A stretch of 64,000 nt of DNA from the human T2T-CHM13v2.0 reference genome, Homo sapiens: the NCBI RefSeq assembly GCF_009914755.1, contig NC_060948.1. The stretch is one strand, 5' to 3'. Under the pieces are notes generated by a model, which was given only the letters and a program-made list of their open reading frames with translations, was not told the DNA's origin and searched no databases. Numbering within the stretch: position 1 is the stretch's first letter; every line of letters begins with the position of its first letter. This document shows positions 15,172 to 37,759 of this stretch, one piece after another. The translations under genes and the position numbers were made by a program.

Positions 15172-15697
15172 TGAGGTAGAAGAAAAGAAAGATAATTCTG
15201 GAAAAACATGAGCTGTACCTGCAACAGATAAGAAACTTTATATAATTAGCAAACTCCCAGGAAAATGTTTCCTCCCCTTTTCAAGCACATACATAGTGGT
15301 AAATTGCACAGTGAGGAGGCAGGCTAATTGAAAACAAACCAATAGTTATACAAACAAAAGAAGTGGTGCTTTGTGTTTGCCTAGAGATATTTCCACAGCT
15401 GCATAAGATAAGGGGAGTGGCACAGAGAACTTAACTGGTAAAAGAAGTTACTCAAACTGCTACAGAGATGAGAGGCATATCTTATGAAAGTTTTTGAATG
15501 CAGCTGTATCTGGCAATTCACTTGGACTCCCTTATCTGCTGTGAAGAGCTTCATTTATTTCACTTATCAAACTTTCACTCCAACCCTATCTTTGTGTCAA
15601 TGTTCCCTAAGTTTCCTGGATGTAGGACAAAAACCTGGGGTACTAATAGAGACAAAGAGAAAATCCTACATTAAGGTGCTTTGGTGAGACAGCAACC
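15172..15697 (+). repeat. 3' LTR of the MER4-group provirus
   Basis: Homologous to 3562-4097; preceded by a purine tract. Confidence 0.85.
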
Positions 15698-15964
15698 GTG
15701 TTTTATAGGAATAGTTGGGCAGTTCTCTTTTCACTGAAATAGATTTTTCATAGCAAATAGACTTTACAATGGTAGTATCTGGCCCACTAAGCTGATTTAT
15801 TTCTCAGGAATTCTGTGTATTTGAAATATATGTATACTCAGTGATTATTAAGTAATGAGCTGTGGGTTTCACATTAATTCAAAAAAGCTCTGAAAATATG
15901 TAGCATTTAAAATTAAGAAATTTGTCCTTATTGTGACTTTTTAAAATAGAAGAAGCAACTATAT

Positions 15965-16842
15965 ACTGTAGCCAATCTTTTCTTTTAATGGTGGAAGTTA
16001 AGCCATTTACATTTAAAATACTTTTTGATAGGTGTGGCTTTATTCTATCATCTTGTTAAGTTTTTGATATTTTTGTATGTCTTTGTATACCATTTTTAAT
16101 GCTTATCTTTGGAATGTTGTGTTTGTCCATAGTGATAAAATGTGATTCATTTTTTATTTCTCACTTCTGTATCTTTTCTTCTAAGAAGTGTTAGTTTAAA
16201 GTATTTCCATAATGGTAGATGTAGACCATTTACTTCAGATGCAGGAATTCTTTCTAAATTTCTAGCAGAAAATACTTCATTTATTTTTATTTCTGAATGA
16301 TAGTTTTGCAATGTGTAGAATTCTAAGTTGATTTTTTTTTTCACTCAGCTTCTTGGTAATACCTTTCCTTTATGTTCTTCCCTTTAAATTTTCTGCTGAA
16401 AAATTAGGTCTTAGTTCAATAAGGGAAGTTCTTATATTTGACTTGACACTTCTTTTGTGTTTTAAAAATGTGTTGTCTTTTGCTGGATGGTTAGACTATA
16501 ATTCACATCAAGATAAATGTTTTGTGGTTAAATTTATTTGTGATTTCTGGAGCTTTCCATATCTGTATGTCTACATTTTCTCCAGTATTTGGACTGCTTT
16601 TAGTTATAATATTATTAAATAAGATTTTATGTTTTTTATCCCCAATATTTGAATATCTTTATGTTCTCTTGTATGTCACTTGGACTTTCTTCTATATTTA
16701 ATTTTTCTGTTTGTGTATAATATCACTTTTTAAAATTGTCCTCAAATTTTGTGTTTATTTTATTTCCTCTGCTTTATTTAGTGTATTTCTGAGTATCCTG
16801 TTTGCATTTTTTATTATTGTTTTAAAAATATCTCTTTTGCTC
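15965..16842 (-). mobile_element. Old L1M fragment (continues at ~30537-32340)
   Basis: L1 ORF1/ORF2-boundary-like sequence (ttaagccatttacatttaaa; minus ORF KKINLEFYTLQNYHS); split by the HERV-IP provirus. Confidence 0.6.
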
Positions 16843-17315
16843 CCTTACAAACAAGTGCTCACTGCTGCAAAGAAGAACAAGCACACAGGCAAAAAGTTTT
16901 CCCAGCAAGGTAATTTGCTTCTGCAGAAGGTTGCTGCCTACCTCAGTCACAATTGCAAGAGCACCCCGAATAAAACAGAGAAGGGATTTTTATCCGTAAT
17001 ACAGTTCCTGTCCCTGTGTCCTTCCCTTATTGGCTGGGATTGAACTGCACAATCTAAACTGATTTGGGTTGGCTAAGAATTAAACTTTTCTAAATGGGGC
17101 AAATGCACAATTTGTAAGAGAAGAAGCAGGTAGGAGGGATCTGTTTGTTGCAGTACAAGGCATGTCTGAACATGTCTGGGCATGGCAGGGTGCAACTGGA
17201 GTGGGAGGGTGGTTTGCAGGCTGGAAACAAGAGTACAAGGAGGTTAGGATTTTGAACAAAGGAAAATAACATTACGCAATTAAACCTTTTGAAGAGGAAA
17301 TTATCATTCCTAACA
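16843..17315 (-). repeat. 3' LTR of HERV-IP provirus
   Basis: Homologous to 30043-30536 (aaacaagtgct...gctgcaaagaagaac...ggcaaaaagtttt...aattaaaccttttgaa). Confidence 0.85.
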
Positions 17316-18992
17316 ATTTCCCCATTTGTCTTTTGACAATTCTTCCTCTTCAAGTTTTTGTAGCATGATTTAGCCTTGTTTCTCCTCTTGATCATATAGG
17401 GACAAGAGCTTCTCTGAGTATTGAGGAAGAGGGATAGGGGAGGGTTATGTGAGAGCTGTTTCTGTAAGTCTTGACATTATCTCACAGATACAGGGTATGA
17501 TGCAGCATCCTACAAAAATGAGTACACTTATGACAATTAAAAGACAGGTTAATATTGAAGACATAAGCCCTTTCCATTTACCGAATCTCCTTTTGATGAG
17601 GTTTGTGAAGGGGTCATTTCTTCCAGAATTTTTGGCTAACTCATCTGACAAGGAGATAAGGCCTTGTAAGGCCATTGTAATTGTTCCATCAAGGGCTGTG
17701 TTGTTAGGGATAAAAGTACAGCATTTGACCCCATTCATGACACAGAGTCCACCTTTTTCTGCTAACATCATGTCAACAGCTATTCCATTTTCCTGTGCCC
17801 TTTGGCTGGTGAGGGAGGGGGCTAATTGTTCATCTATTCTATTAATGGTATCTTTGTGTTATAGTATAGTATAATTGACAAATGGCTGTTGATTATATTA
17901 GATGTAGCTTATCCGATCTTCATTTTTGTTTATAATTGGCGACCAGAACACTGCAGATTTGAATCCCACAGCTGTTTCATTTCAAGCTTTAAATTCATCT
18001 GGTAACCCTCATGGAACTCCAATAGCATCTATATAAATGTGAGTGTCAAAAGACCAATGATGAGCACTTCTTTGTATCCAGTTCTCTTTCTTTTTATGTT
18101 GACAGAATGCCAGGGTGAAAGGAAAGATCAATTGGACCAGAGCACAAGTGCTGCTCCAGTTACTTGGCAGAGTACCTAATAGTGATCCACCACAATACCA
18201 CCATATATCTGTTTGGGAATAAACAAGGGCAAGTTGACTGGTAAGCTCTAGGAAAAGCTTGGTTTCACTGCACTCTTTTAGGTCTCTGAGAGATGTTAAT
18301 CTTTCCCTCTGCCATGAGAGATATGAGGTAAAATTAACATCCAAACCTGGAGGCCAGGTGACCATGAGGGGCTGACCTGAAGAGTCTATAACTTCAGGAA
18401 ATAGCAGTGAGTGAGTCTTGAACACCTCACTGCCTGAGGCTGTGGGGTTTTGAAAGAGACTCACAAAGTAACTCATGCCCAGTTGATCAGGAGACCATCT
18501 GCATGGGAAGTGGATTATCTGGGCCTCTGGCCTGCCTCTCTCACAAGTGTAACAGTCACTTTTGCTTAACTTGAAACAGAATACTTAATCAATTCTAGCC
18601 AGGAATATGCATCTTGGTATCCCATTTCAATCACTAAAATTTGCTTTAAATCTTTGATGTCTACAAAGTCTACCATAATTTTGTCATTTGGTATGGAAAC
18701 AACAACTATTTCATTGGAAAGAGGTTCAGAATAAGGAGAAGAAAAGGATGGAGGAGCAATGAAGCATATCTCAAAGGATTCTATAGGGTCTATTCCAGTA
18801 ACATCAGCTTCTAGTCTATAGAAGTGACCTAAAGTGGGGTTAGTGTCAGTAACAGTGGGAACAGTGATAGAGATTTGCACAGGGTTAAATTGTTGGAGTT
18901 GACAATTGAGGGACTTGTGTCTTTGGTAAATTGGATGTAAGGTTTTAGGTTATGGCAACCTCCTCCTAGGGAGGTCCAGCCTTGACACTTAG

Positions 18993-19394
<402 letters not shown>

Positions 19395-19397
19395 CAC

Positions 19398-19398
19398 T

Positions 19399-19437
<39 letters not shown>

Positions 19438-19720
19438 TTATGGGATGAAGTCTCGCTCTGTTGCCCAGGCTGGGGTGCAATGGCAAAATCTCGGCTCACT
19501 GCAAGGCAAGTTCCACCTCCTGGGTTCACACCATTCTCCTGCCTCAGCCTCCCTAGTAGCTGGGACTGCAGGCACCACACCTGGCTAATTTTTTGTATTT
19601 TTAGTAGAGATGGGCTTTCACCACATTAGCCAGGATGTTCTCGATCTCCAGACCTCATGATCCACCTGCCTCAGCCTCCCAAAGTGCTAGGATCACAAGC
19701 ATGGGCCACCACAGCCTGCC
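19398..19720 (-). mobile_element. AluY-like with (TTTA)n tail
   Basis: Second AluY directly adjacent; (ttta)n at 19398-19440. Confidence 0.9.
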
Positions 19721-19999
19721 AAGAGTCACTCTTATAGGCAGTTTTATTTATACTGAAAGGGCAAAGTTACTTTTCTGAAGAGGCTAGCTTTCTTTGGCTT
19801 CGGAGATCTGCACAGGCACAACAAACAAGCATCAAAGGTAATGATTTGAGGGGAAGTAGACCTAGTTATATTAATAAGAAGATGTGAGGTAGCTGGGAAG
19901 AAGAGGAAAAGGTGGGAGAGGCAGATTAAAGTTTCCTTTCCAACATTACCCTGCTTGGGGTGGGTCCTTGAACAGCTATCCATGACTCTGGAAGGAGTG

Positions 20000-27780
<7,781 letters not shown>

Positions 27781-27789
27781 TCAAAAGCT

Positions 27790-29414
27790 GTAAGTGGGAT
27801 GACTTCCTTTTCGTCTTCCCATTCAGGGCATTCTATTTTTAAAGTGACCTAATTTTCCACATTTTAAGCATTTATTTGTACTTTTTCTCTCTTTATTTTC
27901 TGTTTTTCTGGCTTGCTCTCTTTGACTCCTGTGTTAGGTCTGACAGCCATGTACTGGAAGGCTTATAAGTTCTATTCTCCTGGGCTGTCTGTGGAGGAGT
28001 TTCCTGACGTAAGGTAGATAGCATAATTTTTGCCTTTTGTTTTTACTTTTCTTTGTCTCTCCATACATATACCTTTTGGCCCTCCCTTAAAAATTTCTCT
28101 ATGGGCTGGTGGTCTTCCAATTTTCTATCTTTTGTAATTTCCTGGTAATATCTGGCCAACTATTGGTGAAAAAGTGGAGCTTTAACATTCCCTGCCCAAG
28201 GTGGTCTACTAATTTAGGCCAGCATGTTTTTCCATCTGCTCTTTATGTCTCTCTCAAAATTCCATAGACCTTTCATCCTTTCCCTGTTGTATATTAAAGG
28301 CTTTGGTAACATCCTTGGTGCAGGGCACTGATTCTCTTATTCCTTTAATTATCATTTTTTGGATATCCCTCATATTCCCTCAATAGGCTATATTTTTGTG
28401 ACCCAACTGGGGATCTCGGCAGAAACTTTTTGTTCAGCTGCAGGAACGTTTTGACCTGGGGTGTGCTCATGCTCCCAAATGGTCATAGTGGCCCTATGGA
28501 TCATGCTTCTTTCCTCTCCAAAAAAGAGGATGCCAAAGATTGACATTAACTTGGTCCAACTATACAACTGTGGTCCTAAGAATTGATCAATTTGGTCTGC
28601 CATTCCATAGAGACTATTATTCACTTTTTAGGCATTGGACTTCTGAACTGGCTAATAGGGTGTTAAAAAAGCCAATCCCCGCCTCCCACCCGCCCCCGCC
28701 CCCCACCCCACCTAGAGACACTTATCTTAAGGGAAAAAAGGTTTGTGGCTGATACTCTGGAGGTAGTGGGCAACCGGAAGTATTAAATATTCTTCTAATG
28801 TTGTTCTATCTCACACTGAAGCACTCCTAAGGGAGGGCATTCAGTCTAGGGATGACTCCAAGAGTCAGGGTTATAAGGGGGAGGAACACTGTGAGTAAGG
28901 GAAGGGGCAGAACTACGGGCAGCTGCATTTACTTGCAGGGTATGGAGGTTAGAGGCAGTGGTGGTGAGAGCAGGTGCAGATGGAGGAAGGTAGTCTAAAG
29001 GGTTGCACGTGCTAGTGCGTGGTTTGGGATTAGGGATTTTAATTTCCTGAGGGGAAGTAATTCCCTGCTTGTCTCCTGTAGTTTTTAGGGGATAGAGAAA
29101 AACAGACCCCTCCCACCAACACAGAGCACAGTCTATTTCCTCCTGGGAGACAGAACATTTGTCATTGTCATACTCTATAAAAAGTTAGCAAATCCAGTCC
29201 TCACTAGATCCAAATTTTGCACAGAAAACTGAGGGTTTGAGGATAGGTACTTTGGTCCAAATAAAACAATATTTTATCATTTGTTGCTTTTTCTTATATT
29301 CGGTTCTCTCATTATCCTTCCAATATTTTAATATGAGACCAAGAACGCTATCTGAGGGGATTTTATTGTCTATCTTTTCCTTTTTATCCCCTAACTTGCT
29401 TGAGCTATTTCCAT
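27790..29414 (-). pseudogene. HERV-IP gag remnant
   Basis: ADQIDQFLGPQLYSWTKLMSIFGILFFGEERSMI..WEHEH; zinc knuckle-like C.KC...GHF...CP near 27830-27875. Confidence 0.85.
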
Positions 29415-30042
29415 CCTGGAAGTTTTTAGTGTTTCCTTGAGTGTCCCAAGTGTGTGGGCCTTAACCTCTCTTGCTAGAGACTTCTTGCACCCTCAGCTCT
29501 AGAGGCTCAACCCAGACTGCTAGAGGTTTCTCACACTCTCTGCTCTGCAGGCTCAAGTTCACCTGCTGGAGGTTCCTTGCACTCTTTTACTTTTACTTCA
29601 TCTGTCTCTGGCCACTTACCCAGGTGTAGTTTAAACCCCTCTTAGCATTAGCATATCATTATAAACCCCACAATAGGAATCCGCCATAAGCCATTGAGGT
29701 GATCACAGAACCAAAGATCAGGACCACACTCACTTGGAGCTCAATTGTGCATCTCACTCACACACTTTCAAGCCCCAAGATGTTCTGACCACCAAGAAAT
29801 ACCTTACCATCCCCATTGTTTTTCTTACCTAGGTCTGTATACAATGTTACTCGGTTGCATGGTATTTGAAGGCATTTTCTTCCCATATTGCTGAGAGTCT
29901 CAGTTTATGCATGACGTTTGGTAGGTTCCAATTCCCTACCCTTGAGGCCACCGCCATAAGGCCATGGGACATGCCTCTTCATGAGAGGGGATCAGAGACC
30001 CTTCCATGGAGGAGAATGGGAATCCCAGATGAGCCCCAAGAT

Positions 30043-30536
30043 TGTTAGAAACAAGTGCTTGATGCTGCAAAGAAGAACCAGCAGTCAGGCAAAAAGTTTT
30101 CTCAGCAAGTCAATTTACTTCTGCAGAAGAGTCCTGTCTGCCTTGGTCACAATTGCAAGAGAACCTCAAACAAAGGAAAGAAGGGACTTTTATCCTTTCC
30201 AAGTTCCTGTCCCTCTGTCCTTCTGTTATTGTCTAGCGTTGAACAACACAATCTAAACTAACCTGGTAGGCTAAGACTTAATCTTTTCTAAATAGGGTAA
30301 ACGTGCAATTTGTAAAAGGAGGGGGTAGAAGTGGTTTGTCCATTGTAGTATAAGGCATGTCCCAAAGTTATGTATATAACTTTAGTATAAGTTATGTCTG
30401 GAAATGTCAGGGTGCAACTAAAGCAGCAGTGTAGTTTGCTGGCTGGAAACAAGAGAGTACAAGGAGGTTGGGCTTCTAAACAAAGGAAAAAAATACACAA
30501 TTAAACCTTTTGAAAAGAAATTTATCATTTCTAACA
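30043..30536 (-). repeat. 5' LTR of HERV-IP provirus, followed by Pro-type PBS (~30022-30038)
   Basis: tgtta...taaca termini; minus-strand tggggctcatctgggat resembles the tRNA-Pro PBS tgggggctcgtccgggat. Confidence 0.85.
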
Positions 30537-30606
30537 GTTCTTTTTCAATAATATCTCTCTGTTCGAATTACTCATTCAGATTATGTTTTATTTATTTCTA
30601 GTTTAG

Positions 30607-30996
<390 letters not shown>

Positions 30997-33654
30997 TAAG
31001 GACTATTGTGTTCCCCTAAAGGTGTGCAGGTTTTCTTTTTCTATTTTTTCCCCATGGGTCATGGGTTCTTACATTGATGTTTACACAACTGTTGCAGCTT
31101 TTCCTTCTGTCAACAATATAGAGAATCTTTCAAAGGAAAATATTTCTTCTGTAGATATTTTTATAATTTTTATTAGGTACAGTTCTTTGGTTTTGGTTAC
31201 GGGTGGCAATCATAGTCCATATAATTAACTTAGCTGTAATTAGCATTAACTTTGTTTGTACTAATTTTATTTTTATGGCTTAGACTGTTTTGTTTTGTTT
31301 TGTTTTGTTTTGTTTTGTTTTGTTTGAGGAGGCTGGGCCAAGATATTGCTGGAACAGGGGCATCAATTGAGTGGACGTGTGTGGAAGGTAGTAATAGTGT
31401 TGTTAGGGAACCAGTAGGCCAATCCTTCAGTGTGAGGTGCCATGTGTGAGTCTGGCAGTGATATTGGTAAGCAGAGATAACTGATCCTCATATACCCAGG
31501 TGGCTTAATGGGTGATGGTATTAATACCTTGTGTAGACCAATTCTTGGGAGCTTGGATGGAATTTATGGGCCCTAGGAAGTAGGTAGTATGCTTCTTGGG
31601 TCAATGGATTTGGCATTCAGTCACCAGTGGTTGATTCTTGAGCATCCCTGTGGGGGATTGGGTCCTGGAGTAGGCTGGTGTAGCAGCCAACAAGTAACAC
31701 AAATGGGCACTGATATAATGATGGAAAACCAAGTGGCACTTTGAGGACTCATGAGTTTTGTGCAGAGGGTCCAGTAATGTCCACAGTAATCTGGGTGGGT
31801 CAGTCTTTAGGTTGTCTATTGTGTTACACTGGTGCTGGTGATATATATGATGGCTGACCTGGGTGGTTTCCTGCTCACTGTCCTTGGATCCTAAGCATGG
31901 CAGTAAACATAGCAGGACACACAATTGTTCTCTGAGAAAGAAAGTGAGGCAGGAGGTTGTGTTGTGATCCTACTGCTGAGTGAGAGAAATGTGGTTGTGG
32001 TGGCTGTAAACCAGGAAGATTGCTCTTGGGCTCAGGAGGGTGCACACTTTGCTTTTCTGAATCTAGAGCACAGCCTATCTAATTAGCTGGACTACCCACT
32101 TCTCAAGGTAATGGGCCTTGGCAGGCTTATAGTCCAGTGACTTGGCCATATCAATGAGTACAGATATTGCCATGACACTCAGACCTCTGGGTGTGTGTTG
32201 AAGGATGTCAGCAAGATGTCAGAAATGTTAAACCCCAGGGAAAAATTTAGTCCTTTATTGGTTCTATTTTCTAAATAGTGCCTTAATACAACAGCAGCTT
32301 TGGTCTCTAGGGCAAAACTCAGCATATAATTCCTCTCTACAGCAACACAATCAAGTGGACTTTAGCACCCTTCATTCAGCATAACACATACTTATATCAA
32401 CAAAATATTGTCAAAGATAAAATGTAATTAAGCTGCACTAGAGATCAAATATTTTACTCAATAGCTCTAGAACATGTATATTTTTTACAAGTACATAAGA
32501 CATTAAAAATAATACACCATATATTGGGCCGCAAAACAACATTCATACATAATTTTAAAAGATTAAAAAACTTTTAATGGCTAACTATAAAATAAATACA
32601 CTCAACACAATAAAGACCATATAAGGCTAACACAGGGCTATCATCACATTGAATGGCTAAAAGCTGAAAGCCTTTCTTCTGCAACTGGAACTAGGTAAAG
32701 AGTGTGAACTTTTACCACTCTTATTAAATATAATAATGAATTACTCTCCAGAAAATTAGGCAAGAGAAAGTAATGAAGACCATCCAAATACGAATAAAAA
32801 TGTCAAACTGTCCCTCTGTCATTGATATACTCCTCATACTAAAAGAACCTAGCATCTCCTTGAAACCTGCTTAGAAATAATAAACAAATTTAGTAGAGTT
32901 TCAAGATCAATAGAAATTAGCAACATGTCTATAGCCATTAATTAATTAAATAAATAGAAGTAAAGAAGAGAATCCTATTTATAACTGCTATAAGAAATAA
33001 AATACCTTCTTATTTTACTAAGAAGGTAAAAGATCTCTACAATAAAAATGACAAAACACTGATAAATATATTAAAAATAGCTAAAAATGGACAGACCACA
33101 GGGTCATACACTGGAGGAATTACTTCTGTTAAAATGACAATGCCACCTAAATAATATTTATATTTAGTGTAATCAAAAGGAAAATATAATACCAATGGCA
33201 TGATTCACAAAAATAATCTAAAATTAGTAGGGAACCAATGAAAGACACCAGAGTGAAAGCAAGATGAAACAAAAAATAATGCTAGGAATGTCATACCATG
33301 TGATAAGAAAATATCTACAAAGAAATAGTAAACAATAACAGTAAAAGAATTATATCAACATAAAAGCATACAGATAGGCAACAAATACACAATGGGTAAA
33401 CAGCAGTTCCTTTAATAAACAATAATGAAAAAAGGTCAGAAAAAGACACTCATACATTGATACTGAAAATGAAAATTAATATAGCCATTATGGAGAATAG
33501 TGTGAAGTTTCTCACAAAGTGGACAAACATGAAACCTATTATATGATCCAGAAATTCCATTATTCAGAGAGAAAAAAGCAGTATATTGGAGACACCTGCA
33601 ATTTCATGTTTATTGCAGCTGTACTCATATAGTTGACATATACTGCTAATCTAA

Positions 33655-33743
33655 ATGTATGTATGTATGTATACACACACACATACACACACACACGTGA
33701 GAGGGAGAGAGGGAGAGAAAGAGGAAGAGAAAGAGAAAGAGAG
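33655..33743. repeat. (TATG)n(CA)n(GA)n compound microsatellite
   Basis: Seen directly. Confidence 0.9.
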
Positions 33744-34390
33744 GTGAAAATGGAATACTATGCACCCATAAAAACAGTAAAATAGTACAATATGTGGCAA
33801 TGAGAGTAAGACTGTAGTACCTTAGGTAAAGTAAAATGAATCAAGTGAAAAAATATAAAACATACAAATCACATATGCTTTTGAATACCAAAATTATTTC
33901 ATATAGGTAGAGAGGATAATTGTATTGGTTTGACACTGGGGTGTTCAGAGAATGGGTAAATCAGGAAAGAGTGGGCAATAGGTACCAGCTTACAACTAGA
34001 TGGGAGTAGAAAAAAGTTTTGGTGTTCTATAGCAGTGCAGAATAGATATAATAATTTCATGTATATTTTCAAAAATGCAGAAGAGATAATTTTAAATGTT
34101 CACAACAAATATAAATTATAAATACTTGAGATGAATGACATTCTAATGGTCTGATTTGATCATTATTCATTCTATATATATATCACTTTATGTCCATAGA
34201 TACATAGAGTATTACATGACACATAAATTTTATAAGCTTCTGCACAAGAAAACAATTACAACCACAACAGTGAAAGCTTACAACAGAGAAAAGGACCTAC
34301 AATAGGGTAAAAAAATTTCACGATTTATTTAATAGGGATTAATAGCCAAAATATATGAGAAAAAATGACTTATTGGCAAAAACAAACAAA

Positions 34391-34518
34391 GGCTGAGGTG
34401 GGAGAATAGGCTGAAACTGGGAGGAGATATCACAGTGAGCCAAGATCATGCCACTGCATTCCGTCCTGCACAACACAGTGAGACTCCATATGAAAAGAAA
34501 AAAAAAAAGGAAAAAAAA
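34391..34518 (+). mobile_element. Alu right-arm fragment with A tail
   Basis: ggctgaggtgggagaat...cagtgagccaagatcatgccactgca...agtgagactcc plus poly-A. Confidence 0.8.
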
Positions 34519-35416
34519 TCAGTGTGTTGGAAAAATATCTTTACTCCCATGTTTATTGCAGCAATATTTACTATAATGAAGATATTAAATCAATCTAAGT
34601 GCCAATCAACACATTTTTGTTATTTATGACAACATAGATAAATGTTGAGAACATTTTGCAAAGTAAAATAAGTCAGGTACAGAAAGACTTATATCCCTTA
34701 GCTCAAGCATATGTAAATTTGAGAAAAGTTTATCTTACAGAAGTAGAGAATAGAATATCAGTTACCAGAGGTTGTAAAGTGTAGAGGGCAGAATTGATGA
34801 GAAGAGCTAAATAATACACCTAAGTTTACTCTTAGGAGTTCTGTAATGGACGCTAGAAATTGTCTTCACTGATAACAAGTAACACTGGGGAGAATGTGGT
34901 GTGGTTAAGACTTAGACCAACATACTCCAGCACCTTTGCTGCACCCTTGTTTTTCTCCAAGATATATATTGTATCATAGTATGTAAATCCAAAATGGCTG
35001 GAATGTAAACAGAGGCCTGACCTACAGAAACATCACTACTTTTCTCAACTTCTTCAAGCAGTGCTATGACCATACTGTAACAGGATACAACAAGACAACT
35101 ACTGAGGGGATGCCTTGTGGGCATCAGTTGACATGATTTTGGTGGATTTTCCAGTTGTTTCAATTGTTAAAGTTCTTGAGGGATGAATGTTAATCTTAAC
35201 TGTGCATTTTATCTGGCAGCTTAAGAGTGATGACATGCAACTCAGTCTCTTGCAACACCACCTGAGAAAAGGAAGCACTAGCAGGAAGAACAAATTGATG
35301 GAGAGGAAAAGTGATGAATACAGATAAGAAGCACAGCTGGTGGAGGCTCATGTGCCAGTTTACTGGGCCTCAGGACATTCTCCTCTAGAAGGAGGAGACA
35401 GCATGACCCCCACTTT

Positions 35417-37467
35417 CTTTTATTTTATTATAATTTAAGTTTTAGGGTACATGAGCACAATGTGCAGGTTAGTTACATATGTATACATGTGCCATGCTGG
35501 TGTGCTACAGCCATTAACTCATCATTTAGCATTAGGTATATCTCCTAATGCTATCCCTCCCCCCTACCCCTACCCCACAACAGCCCCCAGAGTGTGATGT
35601 TCCCCTTCCTGTGTCCATGTGTTCTCATTGTTCAATTCACACCTATGAGTGAGAATATGTGGTGTTTGGTTTTTTGTCCTTGTGATAGTTTACTGAGAAT
35701 GATGATTTCCAATTTCATCCATGTCCCTACAAAGGACATGAACTCATCATTTTTTATGGCTGCATAATATCCCATGGTGTGTATGTGCCCCATTTTCTTA
35801 ATCCAGTCTATCATTGTTGGGCATTTGGGTTGGTTCCAAGTCTTTGCTATTGTGAATAGTGCCGCAATAAATGTACGTGTGCATATGTCTTTATAGCAGC
35901 ATGATTTATAGTCCTTTGGGTATATACCCAGTAATGGGATGGCTGGGTCAAATGGTATTTCTAGTTCTAGATCCCTGAGAAATCACCAAACTGACTTCGA
36001 CAATGGTTGAACTAGTTTACAGTCCCACCAACAGTGTTAGTCCATTTACATTTAAAGTTAATATTATTATGTGTGAATTTGATCCTGTCATTATGATGTT
36101 AGCTGGTTATTTTGCTCGTTAGTTGATGCAGTTTCTTCCTAGCTTTGAAGGTCTTTACAATTTGGCATGGTTTTGCAGTGGCTGATACCGGTTTTTCCTT
36201 TCCATGTTTAGTGCTTCCTTCAGGAGCTCTTTTAGAGCAGTAATCTCTCAGCATTTGCTTGTCTGTAAAGTATTTTATTTCTCCTTCACTTAAGAAGCTT
36301 AGTTTGGCTGGATATGAAATTCTGGATTGAAAATTCTTTTCTTTAAGAATGTTGAATATTGGCCCCCACTCTCTTCTGGCTTGCAGAGTTTCTGCCAAGA
36401 CATCAGCTGTTAGTCTGATGGGCTTCCCTTTGTGGGTAACCTGACCTTTCTCTCTGGCTGCCCTTAACATTTTTTCCATCATGTCAACTTTGGTGAATCT
36501 GACAATTATGTGTCTTGGAGTTGCTCTTCTTCAGGAGTATCTTCATGGCATTCTCTGTATTTCCTGAATCTGAATGTTGGCCTACCTTGCTAGATTGGCG
36601 AAGTTCTCCTGCAGAGTGTTTTCCAACTTGGTTCCATTCTCCGCATCACTTTCAGGTACACCAATGAGACGTAGATTTGGTCTTTTCACATAGTCCCATA
36701 TTTCTTGGAGGCTTTGTTCGTTTCTTTGTATTCTTTTTTCTCTAAACTTCCCTTCTTGCTTCATTTCATTCATTTCATCTTCCATCACTGATACCCTTTC
36801 TTCCAGTTGATTGCATCAGCTCCTGAGGCTTCCTCATTCTTCACGTAGTTCTCAAGCCTTGGCTTTCAGCTCCATCAGCTCTTTTAAGCACTTCTCTGTA
36901 TTGGTTATTCTAGTTATACATTCGTCTAAATTTTTTTCAAAGTTTTCAACTTCTTTGCCTTTGATTTGAATTTCCTCCTGTAGCTCGAAGTAGTTTGATC
37001 GTCTGAAGCCTTCTTCTCTCAACTCGTCAAAATCATTCTCCATCCAGCTTTGTTCCATTGCTGGTGAAGAATTGCGTTCCTTTGGAGGAGGAGAGGCGCT
37101 CTGCTTTTTAGAGTTTCCAGTTTTTCTGCTGTGTTTTTTCCCCATCTTCGTGGGTTTAACTACTTTTGGTCTTTGATGATGGTGATGTACAGATGGGTTT
37201 TTGGTGTGGATGTCCTTTCTGTTTGTTAGTTTTCCTTCTAACAGACAGGACCCTCAGCTGCAGGTCTGTTGGAGTTTTCTAGAGGACCACTCCAGATCCC
37301 GTTTGCCTGGGTATCAGCAGCGGTGGCTGCAGAACAGCAGATTTTCATGAACCACGAATGCTGCTGTCTGATGGCTCCTCTGGAAGTTTTGTCTCAGAGG
37401 AGTACCTGGCCATGTGAGGTGTCAGTCTGCCCCTACTGGGGGGGTGCCCCCCAGTTAGGCTGCTCGG
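35417..37467 (-). mobile_element. L1PA2/3-like LINE-1: partial 5'UTR, ORF1 and 3' end, with ~3.4 kb ORF2 deletion
   Basis: ORF1 fragments (MGKKHSRKTGNSK...; YVKRPNLRLIGVPE); junction at 36037/36038; TSD gacccccacttt (35405) / gacccccaattt (37468). Confidence 0.95.
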
Positions 37468-37759
37468 GACCCCCAATTTGTTTGTGTATCTCAGGGTGAG
37501 TTTGTGCCATTTTCTGTTAGCCTTATTGGTCTCTGTGTCTGTGGTGCACTTCATTCATCAGCGTCTGTGTTTGTTTGCATTTTTTACTTGTCTCTCCATC
37601 TATTTCTCTGATTTTGTTACATTTTACATTTTAAGTTTCATTATATTTTCCATTCACATATTATACATGCACAACTATATGGCAGACCATGTTATTTTAA
37701 AACATGCATACAATATACCAAATAATGGTATTTATTCATCTCCTCTAATGTTCCTCGTG

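Larger units (their letters stand above)
32340..34830 (+). mobile_element. Old L1M ORF2/3'UTR fragments
   Basis: aagctgaaagcctttc, tatatgatccagaaattcca, catgtttattgcagc, agaagtagagaatagaat...gttaccagagg L1M motifs. Confidence 0.7.

Noticed and set aside
17445-18880. Possible domesticated env (syncytin/EnvP(b)-like)
   Set aside because: Split by stops, frameshifts and two Alus; no continuous ORF.
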